From a virus (lineage: Duplodnaviria > Heunggongvirae > Uroviricota > Caudoviricetes), in the IMG/VR virus record IMGVR_UViG_2770939580_000003, positions 105,062 to 169,061 of that record: a stretch of DNA of 64,000 nt; one strand, 5' to 3'. How positions within the stretch are numbered: position 1 is the first letter of the stretch; every line of letters starts with the position of its first letter. Both the position numbers and the translations under genes were made by a program. Of this stretch, positions 57,856-64,000 are shown in pieces. A model generated the notes under the pieces. The model did not search any database and was not told the origin of the DNA. It saw only the letters and a list, made by a program, of their open reading frames with translations.

Positions 57856-58530
57856 ATGGATGTAGTTGATAGTTCAATTATTGATGTTCTAAATTATTCG
57901 GATAGTTGTGTAGTGGTCTCCACTCACATTAAACCTGATGGCTATTTGTTTGACCCTGCTATTGATGATCACCCCTTTGCATTACAACTTTCATTTGCCG
58001 AGATCAGAGGAATCAACAGCCAATCGAATCTCTTTCGTGAGGGCTTTTTGAGATTTCGAGAAACCGAACAAAAGAGTATCTATGAAAAACTTGGAATTAG
58101 GAATTATGAGTCTATCCTGACTGACGAAGATATCAGACATAGTATCCTAAATCCAACTAAAGATGGACTTGAACGATTCTTGAAAATTCAATCATCTTCT
58201 ATGTTTGAGCGTATTAGAGGCATGCTTGTACAGTTAGAAAATTCGAATAAGTATGATATCTCGACTCGTGTGAAAAATGTCATTACGGAACGATACAAAG
58301 AACTGTATAACGGGAAGAAAATTACTGAAATTGTCATTAGGCCTACTGCATATGAAACTGCGAAGGTTGAAGAAAATGACTCAAATAGTAAAGTGAATGA
58401 ACTTGAGTCACAAATTGCAGAACTTAAGAAATTGTTGGAGCTTTCTATTAAAAAAGATAGTGATAAAAACGATATCGCAAATGAAGAACCTAAGACGACT
58501 CGAAAAACTCGAAATCAGAGTAGTGAGTAG
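57856..58530 (+). CDS. virion morphogenesis protein (YonA-like)
   Basis: synteny. Confidence 0.6.
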   Translation: MDVVDSSIIDVLNYSDSCVVVSTHIKPDGYLFDPAIDDHPFALQLSFAEIRGINSQSNLFREGFLRFRETEQKSIYEKLGIRNYESILTDEDIRHSILNPTKDGLERFLKIQSSSMFERIRGMLVQLENSNKYDISTRVKNVITERYKELYNGKKITEIVIRPTAYETAKVEENDSNSKVNELESQIAELKKLLELSIKKDSDKNDIANEEPKTTRKTRNQSSE

Positions 58531-58541
58531 AGGTGTAGCAC

Positions 58542-59030
58542 ATGCCAACTCCTTTTGATACTTTATTCAACACCTTCTTTAGCATGATTGAAAAGGACTT
58601 AGACTTCTTTAGCTACAGCAACGTAAGTAACGATGAAGCAATGGTTATTGCAAGATCTCGTGCTAGGGACTATCTTCTGGAAGCTGCTACGAAAATAAAG
58701 CTGACCACTAGTTCAGATATTGATTTCAACGTAGATGTCAACAATGAAACAATGTGCGACGATTTAACTATGACAGAGATTAATCTCTTAGCTTCGCTCA
58801 TGAAGGAAAAATACTTTGAGCGTGATTTTTCTTTACTTAAAGCATTTCAGATACAATTTAGCCCTAAAGATTTACAGGTATTTAGTCCAGCCAATGAGAG
58901 AAAAACCTTTATGGATATGTTCGAATCAATTAAGCGTGATAATGCTGTACTGATGGACAATTACTCTTCTAGGGACAGATCGACGGGTAAGCTAAAAACA
59001 ATTGACTATCAAGCTTATCAATTCGAGTGA
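58542..59030 (+). CDS. head-tail connector protein
   Basis: MPTPFD..F..F...I, FSPANER motif; synteny. Confidence 0.65.
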   Translation: MPTPFDTLFNTFFSMIEKDLDFFSYSNVSNDEAMVIARSRARDYLLEAATKIKLTTSSDIDFNVDVNNETMCDDLTMTEINLLASLMKEKYFERDFSLLKAFQIQFSPKDLQVFSPANERKTFMDMFESIKRDNAVLMDNYSSRDRSTGKLKTIDYQAYQFE

Positions 59031-60244
59031 TAATTATGGATATCAACTATTTTCTGAAAATAAACAATGCTTTTGCGATAGAAAATAAAAGGGATATCGC
59101 TATCAATCGAACTCGAAATCAGATTTCAAGAAACTTCAATAGCAATGTTCAGACTATTAATGTCGAGATAAATGATGAGCCTCGCACAATATCGATAAGT
59201 TCAAGCACCAAAAACAACATATTAACTATATCTACGAGCCCTGATCAAAATGACCTTTTACCGGGAGATAGTGTTAGATGGGATAAAGAAATTTGGCTGG
59301 TTACTGAAAAGAAACCCAACAACATTTTTATTTCTCAGGCAATAATGGAAAAATGTAATTTTGACCTTAAATGGATTGATTCCGAAGGCTCTATACAAAC
59401 TTACCCTTCTGTTCTATATTTTAATGCCCGTTCCAATTTTGGTACGGAAGAAGATAAGACTATGAATCTTCCCGCAGGTCGTCGACAAATCACTATACAA
59501 TCCAATGAGCATACAGTCAAAATCAGGCGTGATGTAAGGTTTATTGTAGGCAACGAAGCATTCAAGGTAATCGATACGGACTTTATGTCTGATGATGGAC
59601 TTGTCAATTTAAGTTTACAATCAGATCAAATTGATCCAGTCAAAGACAATCTTGAATTGGGTATTGCTGATTACCATAAGTTGAGCAAGTATGAGTTGCT
59701 TATCCTCAATGACAATCCACTGTCTTTAAGCATCAATCAAACCGCTAGAATCAATGTCCGAGTAATGAGAAATGGATCAGAAATAAGTGATCCGCAAATT
59801 GTATACTCTAGTTCGAATACTGATTTGATTAGTGTGGATGAGCAAGGAATCATTACTATCCATGAATCAGGCGAAACAAATGTTACTGTTTCAGCTTATG
59901 GCATTGAGAAACAACTGAATATTTATGTAGCACCCACCATCCATTATGATTATGCAGCTACAATAGACGGAGCAAATGATATTTACTTAAACCGTGAGTC
60001 TACTTATGTAGCTAGTTTTTATAATAATGGAATTAAAATTTCTGATGAAAGTTCATTTTCATTAACAAATTTGGATGGCTCCCCTACTCTCCTCGCATCA
60101 ATATCCTCGCAAGATCCTATAGCAAATACATGTACAGTCAAGGCAAACAGTAACCGTAAATTGGGTACTGTTATTTTGCATGTCAAAAATGCTAATGGAC
60201 TGTCCAACGGACAAAGAGAAATAAAAATTAAATCACTAATATAA
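59027..60244 (+). CDS. head-tail adaptor/closure protein with Ig-like domain
   Basis: GD.VRW..E.WLV; YSSSNTDLISVDEQGII..HESG.T.V.VSA Ig-like motif. Confidence 0.7.
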   Translation: MIIMDINYFLKINNAFAIENKRDIAINRTRNQISRNFNSNVQTINVEINDEPRTISISSSTKNNILTISTSPDQNDLLPGDSVRWDKEIWLVTEKKPNNIFISQAIMEKCNFDLKWIDSEGSIQTYPSVLYFNARSNFGTEEDKTMNLPAGRRQITIQSNEHTVKIRRDVRFIVGNEAFKVIDTDFMSDDGLVNLSLQSDQIDPVKDNLELGIADYHKLSKYELLILNDNPLSLSINQTARINVRVMRNGSEISDPQIVYSSSNTDLISVDEQGIITIHESGETNVTVSAYGIEKQLNIYVAPTIHYDYAATIDGANDIYLNRESTYVASFYNNGIKISDESSFSLTNLDGSPTLLASISSQDPIANTCTVKANSNRKLGTVILHVKNANGLSNGQREIKIKSLI

Positions 60245-60250
60245 AGGAGT

Positions 60251-60766
60251 GTGTTCATGGGTCAAAGTATTGTTCGCTTTGGTGAACTGAAACCAGAGAA
60301 TTACACAGAGGGTTTGAATAACGCATGGATTACCTTCTCTGCTCTCCCCTACTCGCGTCAACATTCATCTGGTATTGACGGTGACATTGTAATCAGTGCT
60401 ACGCCAACCGTAGAAATCGTTGATGTTGACTTGGATGTAGCAATCAATTCACAATATGAATTCGCTTATTCAATTGGGACAGATAACAAATTGAAGATGG
60501 CTTTTGATAAGACTAAGTATAGTAAAGCATCGGCAATCGAAACGCTCAAATGCATCAGCATCACTTATGAATTGGGACATCTTGAAGCAAACGGTGGACT
60601 ATATGTGGCGATTGCCAGAAACAGTCTAGGGGAAGAAGTGCATCGTACTGTTCCACAGACACTAGATCAGCTAAAGAACGTTATTTCAACTTTTGATGAC
60701 ACACGTTCAGTTGACGTGAGTGGATTCTTGAGTTATCAAATTGTACGGGATTATCGGGTTACTTAA
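60251..60766 (+). CDS. hypothetical structural-module protein
   Basis: co-oriented ORF with AAGGAG RBS. Confidence 0.65.
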   Translation: MFMGQSIVRFGELKPENYTEGLNNAWITFSALPYSRQHSSGIDGDIVISATPTVEIVDVDLDVAINSQYEFAYSIGTDNKLKMAFDKTKYSKASAIETLKCISITYELGHLEANGGLYVAIARNSLGEEVHRTVPQTLDQLKNVISTFDDTRSVDVSGFLSYQIVRDYRVT

Positions 60767-60785
60767 CCTCTAAGGAGGTGTACAC

Positions 60786-61256
60786 ATGTCAAGGTTTGAA
60801 AGTTTGGCTAGGGATAAGATTACGGTGATTGAGGAAATTGCCTCATCGCAAGAAATTTTAAAAGCTTTAGTACATAATGAAGGCAATTTCTTAGACAAAG
60901 AAGACGTCGATGTTGACTCAGTTATGTACAAACATATCTTCCCTTATAGATTTATTCCGAAAACTTCAGAGAAAATGAAGACCTATATAACCATCTCATT
61001 CGGTAGGTATAAAAATGTTGAAGGGTCATTTAAATCTGGGATAGTAAAGTTCAATGTTTTCACTCATCAGGATCTTTTCTGTACAGACTACGGAACATTG
61101 AGAACCGACTACATAATTATGAAATTAGATGAGTTGTTCAATAAGAATAAGAAGTTAGGTATTGGCAAAGCAGAGTTCTATGACATGGATGAATTGAGTG
61201 TCAATACTGATTATCATGGATCTTATGTTGCCTATAAAACATATGATTTTAATTGA
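60786..61256 (+). CDS. tail completion/terminator-like protein
   Basis: IFPY.FIP and LRTDYI...LDELFN patterns; synteny. Confidence 0.65.
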   Translation: MSRFESLARDKITVIEEIASSQEILKALVHNEGNFLDKEDVDVDSVMYKHIFPYRFIPKTSEKMKTYITISFGRYKNVEGSFKSGIVKFNVFTHQDLFCTDYGTLRTDYIIMKLDELFNKNKKLGIGKAEFYDMDELSVNTDYHGSYVAYKTYDFN

Positions 61257-61984
61257 AGGATATTGCTATGGATGAACAAGACATCAAGTTTAAACTTCTT
61301 GGTAATAGGAGTGTCACTATAGAGGGTGCTGGAAATATATATATTCCATCCATAAGAGATATTTTTGACTTAAACATGTCTATTTACAATGAATACCTTT
61401 CAGCCTTACTCATAGATAAGTCTGCCTTAGAAGCGGAGGTTGATGAAGACATTTCAAATTTTGATGTGTTTATAGTCAACTGCTATCACAATTATTCCTT
61501 CAAAGAAGTTTCATTTAAAGCACTAAATTTATTCTTTAAGTCAGAGCCGTCTATCGCTATGGAAGGCGATGATGTATTTGTAAAAATATCTGAAGGCAGA
61601 ATAGACAGAAACAACTTCTCTCTGTTGCAAAAAGTACTAATGCTTGGTAATAACGTCAAACTATCATCTCCTGAATCAGAATATAAGCCAGCAAATTCCA
61701 AAGCCAGAAAAATGATAGAAATGATTATGAAGAACAAGAAAAACAAGCCGCCACCAAAAGAAAAGATGGATCTGTTTAGTATAGTATCGGGATTGATCTG
61801 GAAGGACAACGGTCAGAGTATCGACAGTATCTTAGATATGAATATCTTCCAAATTTACAACGGCCTACATACAACCGATAAGATCGAAAATATCTCCCAT
61901 ACTGTGACTGCGCTATATGCTGGCACTATTGATGGCAAAAAAATTAAACTGTCCGATATGCATTGGGCGAATAAGATGGAGTGA
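61253..61984 (+). CDS. conserved structural-module protein (YomV-like)
   Basis: IYIPSIRDI...MNIFQIYN; synteny. Confidence 0.6.
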   Translation: MKDIAMDEQDIKFKLLGNRSVTIEGAGNIYIPSIRDIFDLNMSIYNEYLSALLIDKSALEAEVDEDISNFDVFIVNCYHNYSFKEVSFKALNLFFKSEPSIAMEGDDVFVKISEGRIDRNNFSLLQKVLMLGNNVKLSSPESEYKPANSKARKMIEMIMKNKKNKPPPKEKMDLFSIVSGLIWKDNGQSIDSILDMNIFQIYNGLHTTDKIENISHTVTALYAGTIDGKKIKLSDMHWANKME

Positions 61985-61993
61985 TTATAATAA

Positions 61994-62803
61994 ATGTCTA
62001 CACCAAATGTATGGGCAATTCGTGAAGTGGCATTAGCAACCTTCTACGATAAGAAAACAAAAAAAGCAAAGATTCAACTCACAAACTTGAAGACATCTGG
62101 TATTGAAAACACCGCTGATATTTCATATGCGATGGGCGGTCAAGGTAATAACAAAATTGTAGGATTTTCTGGTAACCGTGGCGGTAGAATTGCATTGCAG
62201 GATGCCGTGTTTACAAATGAAGTTATTGCCATGATGACTGGTAATGATATTAAAAAAGGTGAAACACCAGTTAAATATCGCGATGTGCTCAAAGTAATGA
62301 ATGATAAAGCAACACTTACATATACTCCGGCAACTCCTGTATTGGGAGCTGATGTCTTGAACTCCGTTTACACTTTAAACCCTGATCAGACACATGAGGA
62401 AGAAATTGTGGTCACATCAACTTCTACTGCTGGAACAGGTGAATATGCGATTGTTGGCAAGGAGTTGACATTTAATGTTGGTGAATTTGCCGATGGTACA
62501 GAAATTGTTGCTTACTACACTACTCAAAGTGGTGCATCTGCTAAGACTATTACTGTTTCCTCAGATAAATTTGCTGGTACATATGAAGTAGTATTGGATT
62601 GCTTGGTTCGTAATGTGATTGATAAACAAGACTATGCTGCTCAGATCCATATCTCCGATGCAAAAATGGAAGACAACTGGAATCTTGATATGGCTGCTGA
62701 GGGAGACCCTTCTGTCTTTGATATTCCAATGGAGATTCTCAAGCCAGTTGATAAAAAAGAGCTATATACTATGACGATTTATGATGCAGAAGAAATGGTT
62801 TAA
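61994..62803 (+). CDS. major tail tube protein (YomU-like)
   Basis: WAIREVA.ATFY...LKTSGIEN; GDPSVFDI.MEIL; followed by a terminator. Confidence 0.75.
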   Translation: MSTPNVWAIREVALATFYDKKTKKAKIQLTNLKTSGIENTADISYAMGGQGNNKIVGFSGNRGGRIALQDAVFTNEVIAMMTGNDIKKGETPVKYRDVLKVMNDKATLTYTPATPVLGADVLNSVYTLNPDQTHEEEIVVTSTSTAGTGEYAIVGKELTFNVGEFADGTEIVAYYTTQSGASAKTITVSSDKFAGTYEVVLDCLVRNVIDKQDYAAQIHISDAKMEDNWNLDMAAEGDPSVFDIPMEILKPVDKKELYTMTIYDAEEMV

Positions 62804-62810
62804 TTATTTT

Positions 62811-62846
62811 AGGGGCTGAGTCTAATTGGCTTAGCCCTATTTTTTT
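62811..62846 (+). terminator. intrinsic terminator after the tail tube gene
   Basis: GGGCTGAGTC-TAATT-GGCTTAGCCC then T run. Confidence 0.75.
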
Positions 62847-62858
62847 CTAGGAGTAAAC

Positions 62859-63638
62859 ATGAAAACAATTACAATAGCTGCACCAGTACGAAATAGAGAA
62901 TGGATTCTTCCCCAATATTTATTGAAGATTTTTGAGATCAATTACCCCAAATCTTTAATCGATCTACATTTCGTTGTTAATGATAGTTTAGACAAAACAT
63001 TTGAATTTCTGACAGAATTTAAAAAAGACAATAAAGGCTTGTACAATAACATTAGAATCGATGTAATTAACAATAATTCACCCGAAGATGAACGAGAGTT
63101 TTCGGTAAGAAACAAATACATATATAGAAGTTTGAGCAACTTAAAGAATTACATTATGAGCAAAGTTCGAACCGATAAATTGATTTTTATCGATACAGAT
63201 ATCCTTGTAAAACCTGATGTTATTACTAAGTTACTCAAGCATGGGAAAAAGATCATATCGGGATTGATTTACAATGGATATTTGACCAATAAAGATAAGC
63301 CATATCTATATCCAAATATTATGCAGTTGGATGATAATGGTCAATATCGGCATATAACAAACTATCATGTTAAGACTGCTCCTGCCCTACTCTGTTCTAA
63401 GCTGCAACGAGTGGACTTAACGGGAGCAGTCATTTTATTGGATAAATCAGTTTATAAGTCTATAAAATACGGATTTCATCCACAAGGCGAAGACGCATAT
63501 TTTTGTAAGATGGCTCAAGACAATGGCTTTGAGCTTTTTTGTGATTTGTTTGCCTATAGTCAGCACATTATGTCTGAACAACAATTAAGGGAGTTTATGA
63601 ATGAAGCAAAAAACAATACTCTACTTCCCCGTCCTTAA
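62859..63638 (+). CDS. GT-A fold (GT2-like) glycosyltransferase
   Basis: IAAPVRNRE, HFVVNDSLD, FIDTDIL (DxD), GAVILL, GEDAYFC. Confidence 0.85.
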   Translation: MKTITIAAPVRNREWILPQYLLKIFEINYPKSLIDLHFVVNDSLDKTFEFLTEFKKDNKGLYNNIRIDVINNNSPEDEREFSVRNKYIYRSLSNLKNYIMSKVRTDKLIFIDTDILVKPDVITKLLKHGKKIISGLIYNGYLTNKDKPYLYPNIMQLDDNGQYRHITNYHVKTAPALLCSKLQRVDLTGAVILLDKSVYKSIKYGFHPQGEDAYFCKMAQDNGFELFCDLFAYSQHIMSEQQLREFMNEAKNNTLLPRP

Positions 63639-64000
63639 CTGGGAATTTTTAAAACAACGTCCACAACAGATACTTTCACAGTTTGCACGTAACGGATGGA
63701 CAGTTTACTTTTGCAATAACACTCAATCCGAGAAGCCTATTGAACAGGTTGAACCTAACATTTATGTAATCCATAATTTCGAATCCTTCATGAAAGATGT
63801 CAAACACGGGAAGTATAAAATCGATGTGGCTTATGCTACATGGGCAAAATCAGCCGAACACTTTGATAAGGTGAATGCAAAAATCAACATTTACGATAGT
63901 ATCGACGAGTTTCCAGATTGGGAAATGTATGAAGAGTTTGCCGTAAACAGTGCAGACATAATGCTTACTTCAAGTCAGAGACTGTATGATATCAGAAGCA
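63601..64000 (+). CDS. GT-B fold (GT4/TuaH-like) glycosyltransferase, runs off the window end (not in track)
   Basis: MKQKTILYFPVLNWEFLKQRPQQILSQFARNGWTVYFCN...YDSIDEF...ADIMLTSSQRL. Confidence 0.8.
   Translation, partial: MKQKTILYFPVLNWEFLKQRPQQILSQFARNGWTVYFCNNTQSEKPIEQVEPNIYVIHNFESFMKDVKHGKYKIDVAYATWAKSAEHFDKVNAKINIYDSIDEFPDWEMYEEFAVNSADIMLTSSQRLYDIRS

Larger units (their letters stand above)
1..64000. mobile_element. SPbeta-like temperate phage/prophage (partial; continues beyond both ends)
   Basis: YonO-type RNAP, HU, terminase, portal, scaffold, capsid and tail tube in SPbeta-like order; MrpR/SroE-like genes; dense small ORFs; no host housekeeping genes. Confidence 0.95.

Noticed and set aside
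1875-63139. Many antisense or nested ORFs in the track (e.g. 1875-2201+, 5256-5618+, 12852-13118+, 34798-35199+, 39078-39476+, 54831-55109-, 61492-61809-)
   Set aside because: They shadow longer well-supported genes on the other strand, have Ser/Leu/Phe-rich composition and lack RBSs.

Overview
The whole window is part of one large, AT-rich SPbeta-like temperate phage or prophage of a spore-forming Firmicute. A Paenibacillaceae host is inferred from the AgrB/LytTR/RsfA gene content. No host genes or att site are visible. Positions 1-44.1 kb are a minus-strand early/middle block: many small ORFs, a recombination ATPase and SSB-like gene, tRNA-CAU, HNH nucleases, a DarB-like methylase-helicase, an SF2 helicase with an adjacent candidate origin, RecD2 and a tyrosine recombinase. 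Positions 44.2-64 kb are the plus-strand late block in SPbeta order: YonO RNA polymerase, HU, phosphoesterase, terminase, portal, scaffold, capsid, head-tail proteins, tail tube, then two glycosyltransferases. Best candidate for an undescribed system is 8.1-13.1 kb. There the SroE- and MrpR/SroF-like repressor genes are flanked by an orphan MazF with an upstream LexA box and by an agr-type peptide cassette with no kinase. That cassette is a membrane-only AgrC-like receptor, AgrB, an AgrD missed by the ORF track, and a LytTR protein with no receiver domain. It may be a non-arbitrium lysis-lysogeny communication module. Other signals: an operator-like motif abutting the -35 of ten promoters; a frameshift in the terminase gene; glycosyltransferases inside the tail module; a 24-bp palindrome shared by the candidate origin and the late-operon start; and a 10-aa RSPP micro-ORF. 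All family assignments come from motif recognition by eye, not from database searches.
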